DNA from: an uncultured Acidimicrobiales bacterium
GTDB lineage: Bacteria; Actinomycetota; Acidimicrobiia; Acidimicrobiales; UBA10347
Length of the DNA stretch: 64,000 nt
Assembly (NCBI GenBank): GCA_943788915.1
Contig: CALSSD010000006.1
Span: 186,001-250,000, forward strand
Reading direction: 5' to 3'
In this document: positions 45,066 to 55,184 of the stretch, piece by piece
How positions within the stretch are numbered: position 1 is the first letter of the stretch
Layout: each line of letters begins with the position of its first letter
The notes under the pieces: generated by a model
Told to the model about the DNA's origin: nothing
The model's input: the letters and a program-made list of their open reading frames with translations, nothing else
The model's database searches: none
Translations under genes and position numbers: made by a program

Positions 45066-45236
45066 ATCGTAACGAGCAAAACATCCCCCTGCCGTCCAGC
45101 GCAGCGTCAAACAAACCGGACCTACCCAAGCGCGCCGCGCTTGTGACGCTGGCTCGTGCGGCCGTCGGCGACAGCACGAATCCGCCAACCGAAACCCACG
45201 CGCTTGTCGCAAGCCTCGATGGACAAGACTGTGACT

Positions 45237-45265
45237 TCTGCTCTGCTCTGCTCTGCTCTGCTCTG
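45237..45265. repeat. Pentanucleotide microsatellite (CTCTG)5 plus a partial unit
   Basis: Read directly from the sequence. Confidence 0.95.
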
Positions 45266-45558
45266 TTCGGTGTGGTCGTGGGTCAGGGAACCATGACCTC
45301 GATGCGTCTGCGGCGGCGACCATCCCCGCTCGGTGAATACCCTGGGCCAGCTGTTGCACATGCGCAGCGGGCTGGCATGCAACGGAAACTAGTCGACGAC
45401 TCCGTCAGTGAGGTCATCGAAGTATGGTTCGGCGTGGGCGAATCCGACATGGCCGGATATGCCGCACATCGGCCGTTGGTAAACTGCCGCGCTGATCGCC
45501 CTATTCCGAACCAGGGATCGATCGAGGGTTCCCGGAACATCGTTCCGGGTTTGCTCGA

Positions 45559-46761
45559 CTATCCGAGTTCGGAACCAACAATCGAGGCGAAGCTCACACA
45601 TTCGCCCGGTGCTCCACCGAGATTGTGGGTCATGCCGAGGGTCTTGCCGCCTTCGGTTACTGACTTGATTTGGCGGTCCGCCGGTGCTTGTTTACGGAGC
45701 TGCAACCAGCATTCGAACAACATGCGCAGTCCTGATGCGCCAATGGGATGTCCGAAGCTTTTGAGCCCGCCGTCGGGGTTAACCGGAAGTTCGCCGTCGA
45801 GGTCGTAGGTGCCGGCCAGGACTTCTTTCCAGCCCATGCCACGCTCGGCGAAACCAAGATCTTCCATGAGGACAAGTTCGGTTGGGGTGAAGCAGTCGTG
45901 TACTTCGGCCATGGCGATTTCGGCGCGAGGGTCGGTGACGCCAGCTTGGGCATAGGCATCGGCAGCGCAGGCAGACACTTCGTGGAAGGTGGTGTAGTCG
46001 TAGTCGGAATCGATCGGCCCAGCAGCGGGTCCAGCGGTGAACGAAAGCGCCTTTACATACAACGGGTTGTCGGTGTACTTGTGCGCGTCTTCGGCTCGGC
46101 ACAGGATCGCAGCTGCTGAGCCATCGCTCACGCCGGAACAGTCGTAGATACCGAGATCACCAGCGATCAACGGCGCACTCTTGATCTTGTCCATGCTGAC
46201 TTCTTTTTGGAACTGAGCACGAGGATTTCGAGCGCCGTTGTAATGGTTCTTCCATGCGATGCGGGCCATGACCTCTTTCATCTCGTCGCGGTCTACGCCG
46301 TACTTGTCGGCATAGGCAGGGGCGAGCAACGAAAAGGAAGCCGGAGCGGTCAGCGTGGACTCGGTGCCGTCGCTGGGCAAGGGCGCACCGACAAGACCAG
46401 ACATGCCATTGTCTTTGAGCTTCTCGACACCAATGGCCATGACCATGTCGTAGGCCCCAGACGCGACGGCATACGCGGCATTCCGGAAGGCTTCAGAACC
46501 AGTGGCACACATGTTCTCGACCCGAGTCACCGGCTTGTAGTCGATCTTCAGGGCGCGGCTGAGCGCAAGCCCTGACACTGCGGAACCCAACGTGCCGAAC
46601 CAGTACGCGTCGAGATCGTCTTGTTTGATGCCAGCGGACTCGTAGGCGGCATGGGCAGCCTCAATGAGCATGTCATCGACCGACTTGTCCCAATGTTCGC
46701 CGAAATTGGTGCAACCCATTCCTATGATTGCGACCTGATCCTTGATTCCTCGTGATGCCAT
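45559..46761 (-). CDS. Acetyl-CoA acetyltransferase / SCP2-type thiolase
   Basis: RVENMCATGS, KNH.NG..NP.AQF, DCSGVSDG, EVHDCF, NPDGGLKSFGHPIGASG, HNLGG. RBS AAGGAG. Confidence 0.93.
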   Translation of the reverse strand: MASRGIKDQVAIIGMGCTNFGEHWDKSVDDMLIEAAHAAYESAGIKQDDLDAYWFGTLGSAVSGLALSRALKIDYKPVTRVENMCATGSEAFRNAAYAVASGAYDMVMAIGVEKLKDNGMSGLVGAPLPSDGTESTLTAPASFSLLAPAYADKYGVDRDEMKEVMARIAWKNHYNGARNPRAQFQKEVSMDKIKSAPLIAGDLGIYDCSGVSDGSAAAILCRAEDAHKYTDNPLYVKALSFTAGPAAGPIDSDYDYTTFHEVSACAADAYAQAGVTDPRAEIAMAEVHDCFTPTELVLMEDLGFAERGMGWKEVLAGTYDLDGELPVNPDGGLKSFGHPIGASGLRMLFECWLQLRKQAPADRQIKSVTEGGKTLGMTHNLGGAPGECVSFASIVGSELG

Positions 46762-46862
46762 GGCTGTCTCCTTTCGCAATCGCAGCTTCGCTTTGCTCCG
46801 ACTGCTCTGCTGATTGTTTGCTTCCGCAATTGCAGCGTTGCTTCAGCTGCAATGTGGTGTGG

Positions 46863-48287
46863 TTAACGGACGGGTGTTGCCTTCCAAAAGTAGTTGTGAA
46901 CGCCGTCGGCTGTCATCAACCGTCGAAAAGTCATTTTCACGCGCATGCCGACCGCTACCTCGTCGGGCTCTGCATCGGTCAGTTCGGCCTTGAAGCGTCC
47001 GCCGCCGTCGAAGTCGATTATCACACCAACAGTAGGCGGCGACAGCGAGTACGCAAGACGGTCGATGGTGAATGTGGTGACCTTGGCCTCGACATCGGCC
47101 ATGGGCACCATTTCCATGTCATCGACGTTGCCGCCCTTGACCGACACTCGTTGTGGCGGCAGGTGGATGGCGCCGGAGTCGCGATCTCGCGAACCTTGGA
47201 AGCCGTACTTCCAATCGACCATGCGAAACGACGGTGGTGCAGCGGGTGGAACAGGATCCGGTCGGCGAGGCGGTTCGCGGTCCAGGAATCCTCGCCAGGT
47301 TAAGAACGTCTGATAGGTGAGGGCATCGTTGCCGTCGGCGATCTGGGCCGCGACGGTGCGGTAAGGCGTGTAATTGGCAATGGCGTCGGTGGTGCGAAAG
47401 AAGTTGACGTCGCAGCCGTCGGCCAAGTTGACCACCATGATGATCTGGCCCGGTTCAGCCTTGTCGAGAACACTTGCCATGACGAGCAAGCTGTGTGACG
47501 ACCCGGTGGTGCCGACCTCGGTCGACAGGTCGTCGGCAACGTGGGTATCGCCGCCGATGCCCGCGGCGGTAGCAGCGCCGCGGGTGGCACGAGCATGCAT
47601 GCCGGTGATAACGGCAGTGTCCACGGAATCAGCGGAGATCTCGGTGCCCTTGAATGCAGCGGTAGCGGCTTCGGTGACGAGAGGCAGATAGGCAGCTTCG
47701 CCGAAACGTTCTTCCCACACCCGCGAATAGTCCCAGCCGGGCTGACGCCAACGGTCCAGGAACTCGCCGGTTGCAGATGCGCCGCCCAACCATTCGGCGA
47801 TCACCGGAGCATCAACATCGGAGCCGATGAGCAGCGCAACCGCAGCGTCGCCCATGTTTGCTTCGTCGGCTGATGATGGTCGTCCAGATCGGACGTCGGC
47901 GGTAGTCATTAGCACCGGTCGCTGATCGTTCAACGATGCGGTCAGGGCAGCTGTCGCGGATCGAGGTGAGCCCACCATGTCGCCCGCGAAAACACTCGAC
48001 GGCATGTTCAGCGCTGCGTGAATGGCATTCGCGTTCGTCTTGTCGAGATATGGCGGTGTCGCAGACGCGAAGTACAAAGCATCAGGCGTCGGAGCTGGAG
48101 CGTTGCGGAAGGAACGGATCAGATTCCGGGCTGCTTCAACCGACATGGACGTTGCGTCTTCGTCGTACGACGCAACCGCCCGTGTTCCCCGACCACCACC
48201 GGCACCGAGCGCAGCGGTTATAGCCGACCGTTGAAGCCGGTAGTAAGGCACATACGTGCCATAGCCAACAATGCCGCGCATCATCAC
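46863..48287 (-). CDS. HMG-CoA-synthase-like domain fused to a DUF35/OB-fold domain
   Basis: GIVGYGTYVPYYRL, YDEDATSM.VEA, GDAAVA. C-terminal TFTIDRL, DFDGGGR, VGMRV.MTFRR, NYFWKA.P. Confidence 0.85.
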   Translation of the reverse strand: MMMRGIVGYGTYVPYYRLQRSAITAALGAGGGRGTRAVASYDEDATSMSVEAARNLIRSFRNAPAPTPDALYFASATPPYLDKTNANAIHAALNMPSSVFAGDMVGSPRSATAALTASLNDQRPVLMTTADVRSGRPSSADEANMGDAAVALLIGSDVDAPVIAEWLGGASATGEFLDRWRQPGWDYSRVWEERFGEAAYLPLVTEAATAAFKGTEISADSVDTAVITGMHARATRGAATAAGIGGDTHVADDLSTEVGTTGSSHSLLVMASVLDKAEPGQIIMVVNLADGCDVNFFRTTDAIANYTPYRTVAAQIADGNDALTYQTFLTWRGFLDREPPRRPDPVPPAAPPSFRMVDWKYGFQGSRDRDSGAIHLPPQRVSVKGGNVDDMEMVPMADVEAKVTTFTIDRLAYSLSPPTVGVIIDFDGGGRFKAELTDAEPDEVAVGMRVKMTFRRLMTADGVHNYFWKATPVR

Positions 48288-48378
48288 CCCATGAGCGTCG
48301 AGAGTTTCTTCGTCTACAACTTATTGCGTGGACCGCGCTCCGGAAGAATCCGCCGACCTCAGCGTCTACCATTGACCC

Positions 48379-49740
48379 ATGGCGCACTGGTGCGAATCGT
48401 GTGGGCAAGAGTTGCCCACCGGCGAGATGGCGAGCGAAGCGACGTGGCTCGTAGAGCCAGGAACCGACCAACAATCGTTCGCCAAACCGGCAGGAGCGAA
48501 GCAGTCGGGCCAAGACAAAAAGCTGCTGATGGCCGTCGTGAGTGCTCTCATCATTTGGGGGCTCTTCGTTGGGCTCGGACGCATCGTGACACCGGACGAC
48601 TCCATCGATGAACAAGCTGCGGCCAAGATGGAACAGGCCCGCCTGGACCAAGAGGCCGAGGTAGCGGCCGAAGCAGAAGCCGCCGCAACCGAAGCGGCAG
48701 AAGCGGCCGAAGCAGCGCCGGTCGAGATTGCGGAGGTCGCCGGCGATTATGGCGCAGCAGACGCAGCGCCAGGTTTCCCGGTTGCGTCCGATGATGGCGA
48801 AGCCCGAACAGTCGTGTCGGTCCAAGTCGAACGGCTGCAACGTCAGTTCGACCGCCGAGACAGTGCCGCGTTCGTCGCGTATCGCTCAGCCGAAGGTGTG
48901 GTGGTCGTCGACCTCGGCTCAGGGATGTCGGTCATCACCGAGCTTGAGCCTGGAGTAACAGCGATCTACTCGGATGCGCATCTGCTGCGGTCTGGTGCGT
49001 CGACCTTCGCAGTGAATACAGAGACGTTAGAAGTGAGTCGGGTCGCAGAGAACTCCGGTGTCGTTGTCAGCGACACGCTCGATGGCCATACCTATCTCGT
49101 CGATTCGGGGTCGTTATCGGGGCAAGCGGCTCTGGTCGAGGTCGTTGCCGACGGCGAGTACGGCTTCCATCGCCTGCCGTCTGGAGGACTCCAGATCCAA
49201 CCGGTGGACGGTTTAGGTATCTTGGCCGTGCCGAACAGCCCTGCTGGCGAGACTCTGATTGCTGGTGTCGATACGTTCTTATCGCTGAGCGAAAACCGGG
49301 TGCTCACTGGCACATCAAACGCCCTCCTCGAGCAGGTGTGCTCAACCGAGGACCAATGCGAGTTGGTGGTAGCTAATCTCGCATCAGGCGAGCAGCACGC
49401 AGTGCCGTCAAGTTTTGTGCGGTTTGGTGATCAGTACTCACTCGCACCCAACGGCCATGCTTTGTTGCGGTATTCGCAGGCTGGGTTCGCCGAGGTGTAT
49501 GTCACGGGAACCGAATCCATCTTGTGGGTTGTGGGTACAGGAATGCACGCACCTGCGTGGGGTCCGAACTCTGACTTCATCGCATGGATCGATCGAATTG
49601 GTGACCCCAAGCTCAAGTTCATGTTCCCGGACGAACCTGACTGGTTGGCTATCGATCTACGCGACCTGGGCGCACCACCACCAGCTAGCCCCGAGCTCAT
49701 TGTGTTCACCAGCGAGACATCGCCTACCAACGAAAGCTAG
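48379..49740 (+). CDS. Hypothetical single-pass membrane protein with possible beta-propeller C-terminus
   Basis: N-terminal CESCG, one TM segment, Ala/Glu-rich linker, SLAPNG and AWGPNSDFIAW resembling TolB/PD40 repeats. Confidence 0.65.
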   Translation: MAHWCESCGQELPTGEMASEATWLVEPGTDQQSFAKPAGAKQSGQDKKLLMAVVSALIIWGLFVGLGRIVTPDDSIDEQAAAKMEQARLDQEAEVAAEAEAAATEAAEAAEAAPVEIAEVAGDYGAADAAPGFPVASDDGEARTVVSVQVERLQRQFDRRDSAAFVAYRSAEGVVVVDLGSGMSVITELEPGVTAIYSDAHLLRSGASTFAVNTETLEVSRVAENSGVVVSDTLDGHTYLVDSGSLSGQAALVEVVADGEYGFHRLPSGGLQIQPVDGLGILAVPNSPAGETLIAGVDTFLSLSENRVLTGTSNALLEQVCSTEDQCELVVANLASGEQHAVPSSFVRFGDQYSLAPNGHALLRYSQAGFAEVYVTGTESILWVVGTGMHAPAWGPNSDFIAWIDRIGDPKLKFMFPDEPDWLAIDLRDLGAPPPASPELIVFTSETSPTNES

Positions 49741-49778
49741 ACCAAAAGTTACGTCCCCAGGGGGACATAACTTTTGGT
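49741..49778. terminator. Long inverted repeat between convergent genes (probable bidirectional terminator)
   Basis: ACCAAAAGTTA-C-GTCCC-CAGG-GGGAC-A-TAACTTTTGGT. Confidence 0.7.
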
Positions 49779-49787
49779 GGTGCCGGG

Positions 49788-51422
49788 TTAGGTGCGGAGT
49801 TTGACCGGGGTGGTGACTTCGGCGTAGAAGTCGTTGCCCTTGTCGTCGACCACGATGAACGCAGGGAAGTTCTCAACTTCGATGCGCCAGATGGCTTCCA
49901 TGCCGAGTTCGGGGTACTCAAGCACCTCGACCTTGCGGATCGAATCCTTGGCCAGACGAGCGGCCGGACCACCGATCGATCCCAGGTAGAAACCACCATG
50001 GGTGCGGCATGCGTCGGTGACCTGCTGGGAACGGTTGCCTTTGGCCAGCATGATCATTGATCCGCCAGCTGCCTGGAACTGTTCGACATAAGGATCCATA
50101 CGACTGGCTGTCGTAGGACCGAAAGAACCCGAGGCGTATCCGTCGGGAGTCTTCGCTGGACCTGCGTAGTAGATCGGGTTCTCTCGGAGATACTCGGGCA
50201 TCTCTTCACCGGCGTCGAGGCGTTCTTTGATCTTGGCGTGGGCAATGTCACGGCCGACAACCAACGTTCCGGTAAGCGACAGGCGAGTCTTAACCGGGTA
50301 CTGCGTGAGCTGGGCACGGATGTCAGCCATTGGCTGATTCAGGTCAACTTCGATGACGGTGCGAGACAGTTGGTCCTCGGTCGTCTCGGGCAGGAAGTGT
50401 GCAGGGTCCCGCTCGAGGGCTTCGATCCAAACACCTTCGCTGTTGATCTTGGCCAGTACCTGGCGGTCAGCCGAGCACGACACGGCGATACCGACAGGAC
50501 ACGATGCGCCATGCCGGGGCAGACGGATGACCCGCACGTCGTGGCAGAAATACTTGCCACCGAACTGGGCGCCGATGCCGAACTCGCGGGTCATTTCGAG
50601 AATGCGAGCTTCCCACTCGACGTCGCGGTACGCGTGGCCGGTCTCGCTGCCTTCGGTCGGCAGCGAATCGAGATAACGCGTGGACGCAAGCTTCGCCATC
50701 TCGACCGCGTACTCAGCTGACGTGCCGCCAATGACGATGCCAAGGTGATACGGCGGGCACGCCGACGTGCCGATCTTGCGCAGTTTCTCGTCGAGGAAGT
50801 TGATCAGACTGGTTTCGTTCAGGAGTGCCTTGGTCTCTTGGAACAAGAAACTCTTGTTGGCTGAACCGCCCCCTTTGGCCATGAAGAAGAACTTGTATTC
50901 GTCGCCAGGCACGGCTTCGATCTTGATCTCGGCCGGAAGGTTGTTGCCGGTGTTCTTCTCCGTGAACATGTCGAGCGGCGCAAGCTGGGAGTACCGCAGG
51001 TTCGACGTCTGGTACGTGTCGAAGATGCCCCGCGCGATTGCCGGCTTGTCGTCGCCAGGGGTGAGGACGAACTGGCCCTTCTTGCCCTTGACGATGGCGG
51101 TGCCGGTGTCCTGGCAGCCAGGGAGCACTCCTCCGGCAGCGATGACGGCGTTCTTGAGCAACTCGGTCGCTACGAAATGATCGTTGGGCGACGCGTCGTC
51201 GTCGTCGAGAATGTTGGCCAACTGCTGCAAGTGTGACGGGCGAAGTAGGTGGGCGATATCGCGCATGGCTTCGCAGGTCAGCGCAGTAATAGCTTCGTTG
51301 CTGACCTCGAGGAATTGCCGTCCGCCAAGGTCGACGGTATTCACACCTTCGGTGGTGACGAGGCGGTACTCGGTGGTGTCGGGCCCCTCGAGGGGCAACA
51401 GGTCTCGGTAATTAAATTCCAT
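49788..51422 (-). CDS. fumA: Class I (Fe-S) fumarate hydratase
   Basis: [48 protein letters not shown]. Confidence 0.95.
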   Translation of the reverse strand: MEFNYRDLLPLEGPDTTEYRLVTTEGVNTVDLGGRQFLEVSNEAITALTCEAMRDIAHLLRPSHLQQLANILDDDDASPNDHFVATELLKNAVIAAGGVLPGCQDTGTAIVKGKKGQFVLTPGDDKPAIARGIFDTYQTSNLRYSQLAPLDMFTEKNTGNNLPAEIKIEAVPGDEYKFFFMAKGGGSANKSFLFQETKALLNETSLINFLDEKLRKIGTSACPPYHLGIVIGGTSAEYAVEMAKLASTRYLDSLPTEGSETGHAYRDVEWEARILEMTREFGIGAQFGGKYFCHDVRVIRLPRHGASCPVGIAVSCSADRQVLAKINSEGVWIEALERDPAHFLPETTEDQLSRTVIEVDLNQPMADIRAQLTQYPVKTRLSLTGTLVVGRDIAHAKIKERLDAGEEMPEYLRENPIYYAGPAKTPDGYASGSFGPTTASRMDPYVEQFQAAGGSMIMLAKGNRSQQVTDACRTHGGFYLGSIGGPAARLAKDSIRKVEVLEYPELGMEAIWRIEVENFPAFIVVDDKGNDFYAEVTTPVKLRT

Positions 51423-51435
51423 GACGCTGCGCTGA

Positions 51436-51924
51436 CTAGCCGAGTGCCGGCGTACCGGCATAGGCAGTTGGGTCGCCAGCTTCGGGAATACCCGGTCGGC
51501 TCCAGCTCATTTGTCTCGACAGCTCCGACGCAACGCTGCGCCACTCGGCTGGGTTCCAGCCTTCGGCAGCACCGACAACATTTAATGCATGGTCGATATG
51601 CACGAACGCAGGAAGTGTCTGAAGTTCGAGACCTTTCACAAACGCCCGATCCGGGTCAGTAAAGGTCAGGAACTCATCGGCCATAGGGCCGAGGAACTCG
51701 CGGGCTTCATCGTCGGTGCCGGTTACGAGCCAGGCAGTGCGCACATCGGCTGCGTTGTAAGACGCAAGCACACGTGCCGCAGTGTCGATGATCCACGAGC
51801 TTTCGTGGGTGAACGGGTCCAGAACTACGACCGCTAGGTGAAACGTTGTAACCCAGTCGCCGACAGGGCGAGGATCACCCTGAAGCGGGTCGAGCTCAAT
51901 CTCGGGTGGGGGAGCAGTAGCCAT
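51436..51924 (-). CDS. Hypothetical protein, possible redoxin/thioredoxin-like fold lacking Cys
   Basis: EAREFLGP...[11 protein letters not shown]....LPAFV resembles AhpC/TlpA-like C-terminal elements. Confidence 0.6.
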   Translation of the reverse strand: MATAPPPEIELDPLQGDPRPVGDWVTTFHLAVVVLDPFTHESSWIIDTAARVLASYNAADVRTAWLVTGTDDEAREFLGPMADEFLTFTDPDRAFVKGLELQTLPAFVHIDHALNVVGAAEGWNPAEWRSVASELSRQMSWSRPGIPEAGDPTAYAGTPALG

Positions 51925-51954
51925 CAATGAAGACGCTAGCAGTACTGTGGAGCC

Positions 51955-52749
51955 GTGCATCCGATCGAGCGACTGCGTTATGTGGCCCGGGCCACCCATG
52001 TGCCAGCCGATGTGCTGGCCCGAGAAACAGCCATGGCATTGGCCGACTTCGTCGGTGATGATGCTGGCCTGTTGATCGCGTGTCGTCGCATTCTCGACCG
52101 GCAACCTGCGTCGGGCCCTTTGGTGTGGTTGGCGGCCCACGTATTGGGCGCGCCAAATCAACGCAAAGCACTTTGGGACGCGGTTGAGCTGCTTGAAGAA
52201 GACAGCACCCAGCCGGCTCTGGCCTATTCATTACCTGATGATGCGGTTGTCGCATCGGTCGGTTGGGCCGATGCACTCAGCACTCTTGCCCGTAAACGGG
52301 GTGACCTTGGGTTCGTGATTATCGACACCGACGGCAACGCGGAGTATCACATCGACCGGTTCATCGACGATGGACAGAACATCGTGACCGTCGATGCCGA
52401 AGCCATCGCCCAGGCCGTATTCGGAGCGACACACCTGCTGGTATCGTTCGATGCTCTTGGGCCCGAACACGGCCTCGCACCCATCGGGAGTTTCCCTGCT
52501 GCAGCGGTTGCCCGCCATCTCGGCGTACCCGTATGGGGCATCGCTTCGATCGGGGTCGCACTCAACGATCGTATGTACGGAGGCCTGACCCGGCGGTGGA
52601 ACGAACAAACGACCGATTCGCGCTATCTGCGCGAGCGCGAGGAAGTTCCAACGACGCTGGTGGATCAGGTCGTCACCACTGCCGGTCTGATCACGCCAGA
52701 ACAGGCCGTGCAAGCCGGCGGTTGTCCGATCGTGGCTGAATTGTTTTGA
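51955..52749 (+). CDS. Hypothetical protein, possible eIF-2B/MtnA-like domain
   Basis: RQPASGPL, DALGP, AAAVARHLGVPVW, EEVP..LVDQVVT..G. Confidence 0.6.
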   Translation: MHPIERLRYVARATHVPADVLARETAMALADFVGDDAGLLIACRRILDRQPASGPLVWLAAHVLGAPNQRKALWDAVELLEEDSTQPALAYSLPDDAVVASVGWADALSTLARKRGDLGFVIIDTDGNAEYHIDRFIDDGQNIVTVDAEAIAQAVFGATHLLVSFDALGPEHGLAPIGSFPAAAVARHLGVPVWGIASIGVALNDRMYGGLTRRWNEQTTDSRYLREREEVPTTLVDQVVTTAGLITPEQAVQAGGCPIVAELF

Positions 52750-53648
52750 CCCGACGCATGGCAGCGGCCGGTGCTCGCGTAGCTGCGCCCACGAGCGTTA
52801 TTGGTCCTCTGCAGGCCTGGGCTGAGAACGAATTACGTGACCTGCCGTGGCGTAGAACTCGAGATCCGTGGCACATACTCGTGAGCGAGGTCATGCTGCA
52901 GCAGACCCAAGTGAGCAGGGTGGTCGATCGTTATCACGAGTTTCTCGAACGGTTCCCGACTGCCCAGAGCTGCGCGATCGCTCCGTCGTCATCGGTCATC
53001 GAGTTATGGGCGGGTCTCGGCTACAACCGGCGCGCCGTGAATTTGTGGCGAGCTGCTGGTCAAGTCGTCGCACGCCACGACGGGGTGTTGCCTTCGGACT
53101 TGGCGTCGCTGCTCGCCTTACCGGGCATCGGGCCCTACACCGCCCGAGCCATCCAGGTATTCGCATATGAACACGACATCGCAGTGGTCGACACAAATGT
53201 GGGGCGGCTTCTCGCCCGTTGGACTGCGACCACACTGACAGCGAAGCAGGCTCAGCACATGGCCGACGAACTTGTTCCTGTCGGCTCAGGATGGCAGTGG
53301 AACCAGGGGCTCTTTGATTTCGCGGTCGCTGTGTGCACGAAACGCGATCCTGGCTGTTCATCGTGTCCAGTCGCTACTGCGTGCCGATGGCGAGGCAACG
53401 GCGACGACCCAGCGGTGAACAGTGCAGGTGTGTCTGGCAAGCAGTCGACCTTTGTCGGATCCGAACGACAGGTACGAGGCCGCATCGTCGACGCCCTCCG
53501 GAACGGACCGGTCGCTCTTGCCGATCTCTCTCACTTTGGACGCCCGGAAGACTCGACGGGCGACATGATACGGATTGTTGATGGACTGGTCACCGACGGT
53601 CTTGCCAACCGTCGTCATGGCTTTTTGATGTTGCCTGACGAACGCTGA
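52746..53648 (+). CDS. mutY: A/G-specific adenine glycosylase
   Basis: RDLPWR, VSEVMLQQTQV, W.GLGYNRRA, LPGIGPYTA, VDTNV.R, C-x6-C-x2-C-x5-C. Confidence 0.92.
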   Translation: MTRRMAAAGARVAAPTSVIGPLQAWAENELRDLPWRRTRDPWHILVSEVMLQQTQVSRVVDRYHEFLERFPTAQSCAIAPSSSVIELWAGLGYNRRAVNLWRAAGQVVARHDGVLPSDLASLLALPGIGPYTARAIQVFAYEHDIAVVDTNVGRLLARWTATTLTAKQAQHMADELVPVGSGWQWNQGLFDFAVAVCTKRDPGCSSCPVATACRWRGNGDDPAVNSAGVSGKQSTFVGSERQVRGRIVDALRNGPVALADLSHFGRPEDSTGDMIRIVDGLVTDGLANRRHGFLMLPDER

Positions 53649-53753
53649 TCGAGTGGTTGTCGAGCGGTCGTCGCACGAGAGTGACGGAATTCACGTGCAG
53701 TCGAACCGTGGGTTAACTCCATGCGCGTGCGAACTACGTTCTACACTCCCATC

Positions 53754-54608
53754 GTGAGCAGCTCGGGGGTGACGTTCTACGGTGTTCGAGGGTCGACGCC
53801 TGTCAGCGCGTCGACACATGTGGGCTTCGGTGGCAACACCTGCTGCGCCGTTATCGACATCCCGGACGAGAAGCCAATCATCCTCGATATGGGTTCCGGG
53901 CTGTTTGCCTATTCCCAGTCCCTCGGCGATTGTGCGCTCGAAGCCACTGTGTTACTCACACACCTGCATTGGGACCATGTGGCTGGCCTGCCGTTCTTTT
54001 CACCAGTGTTGTGTCCGGGCGGGTCGCTTGACATCTACGGACCTCCTGACGAGGGCCTCACTCTCGAGGGTGCCATTCGCACGCTCATCCGCCCGCCATT
54101 CTTTCCCGTCACCATCGATGATTTTGCCGGCGACCTGCGCATGCATGACCTGTGGTGTGATGAGCTCCAGGTCAGCACTGCCAAAGTGTGGGCCCGACCA
54201 GTCCCGCACACCAGCGCTACCAGTGGCTACCGGGTCGAGGTCGCAGGTAAGACCGTTGTCTACATCCCGGATCATCAGCAGCCGATCGATGACTCGACCA
54301 AGGTCGCCGACACGGTGCTCGAATTGTGCGACGGCGCAGATTTGCTGATCCACGATGGCCAGTACCCACAGGCGTTGTTCGACCAGCGAGCCCACTGGGG
54401 ACACAGCACCCCCGACTACGCAGTCGAGGTTGCGCGCCAATCGGGTGTCTCCTCATTGGCATTGTTCTCACACGATCCGTCACACACCGATGAACAACTC
54501 GCGGGCATCGAACAGTACGCGCAGGACCTCGGCGAGAAGGCCGGGCTCTCGCAGGTCTTCTCGGCCCGCGAGGGTGTGCGAATTCCGCTAGCTGAGCTGC
54601 CCGTCTAA
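53754..54608 (+). CDS. MBL-fold metallo-hydrolase
   Basis: GVRGSTP, GGNT.C, THLHWDH, LIHDGQY, WGHS, HDP. TACACT-N6-GTG start. Confidence 0.9.
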   Translation: MSSSGVTFYGVRGSTPVSASTHVGFGGNTCCAVIDIPDEKPIILDMGSGLFAYSQSLGDCALEATVLLTHLHWDHVAGLPFFSPVLCPGGSLDIYGPPDEGLTLEGAIRTLIRPPFFPVTIDDFAGDLRMHDLWCDELQVSTAKVWARPVPHTSATSGYRVEVAGKTVVYIPDHQQPIDDSTKVADTVLELCDGADLLIHDGQYPQALFDQRAHWGHSTPDYAVEVARQSGVSSLALFSHDPSHTDEQLAGIEQYAQDLGEKAGLSQVFSAREGVRIPLAELPV

Positions 54609-55126
54609 TGCCGATCTACGCGCTGGGTTCACAGGAGCCGACGATCGCGAGTGACGCGTACATTCACCCACAAGCGGTCATCATCGGCAGCGTCACAATT
54701 GGTAGCGAGTCATCGGTGTGGCCCTGCGCAGTCTTGCGCGGCGACGACGGCGAGATCATTGTTGGCGACCGAACCTCGATCCAGGATGGGTCCGTGCTCC
54801 ACACCACGCCCGACCTGTGGACCCGCGTAGGCGACGATTGTGTGATCGGACACCTGGTACATCTCGAAGGCTGCACGGTGTTGAACAAGGCTCTTGTCGG
54901 CTCCAACTCTGTTGTTCTTCATGCTGCGGTTGTAGGCAACGGCGCACTTGTTGCGGCCAGTGCTGTCGTCCTCGGGGGTACCCAGATTCCCGACGGCGCC
55001 ATGGCAGCTGGGATCCCGGCCAAGATCCGTGAGGGTAAGTCGAGCCCGGAGATGATTGCGATGGGTGCTGCGAGTTACGTCGAACGTGGCCATCGTTTTG
55101 CCAAGGACCTTCGCAGAATCGACTAG
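54608..55126 (+). CDS. Gamma carbonic anhydrase family protein
   Basis: Hexapeptide repeats, VLRGD, IQDGSVLH, IGH. Confidence 0.92.
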   Translation: MPIYALGSQEPTIASDAYIHPQAVIIGSVTIGSESSVWPCAVLRGDDGEIIVGDRTSIQDGSVLHTTPDLWTRVGDDCVIGHLVHLEGCTVLNKALVGSNSVVLHAAVVGNGALVAASAVVLGGTQIPDGAMAAGIPAKIREGKSSPEMIAMGAASYVERGHRFAKDLRRID

Positions 55127-55138
55127 CCGAGAGTCGAA

Positions 55139-55184
55139 CAGAAACCTGGCAGATCAGAAACCCGGCAGATCAGAAGCCCAGGCG
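55139..55184. repeat. 16-bp tandem repeat (about 2.7 copies) overlapping the GGDEF/EAL gene stop
   Basis: CAGAAACCTGGCAGAT CAGAAACCCGGCAGAT CAGAAGCCCAGGCG. Confidence 0.85.

Noticed and set aside
46780..46860. Hairpin ATTGCAGC...GCTGCAAT and an imperfect repeat between the DUF35 fusion and the thiolase
   Set aside because: Too short and non-specific to call as an RNA element. It may be an mRNA-stability hairpin.
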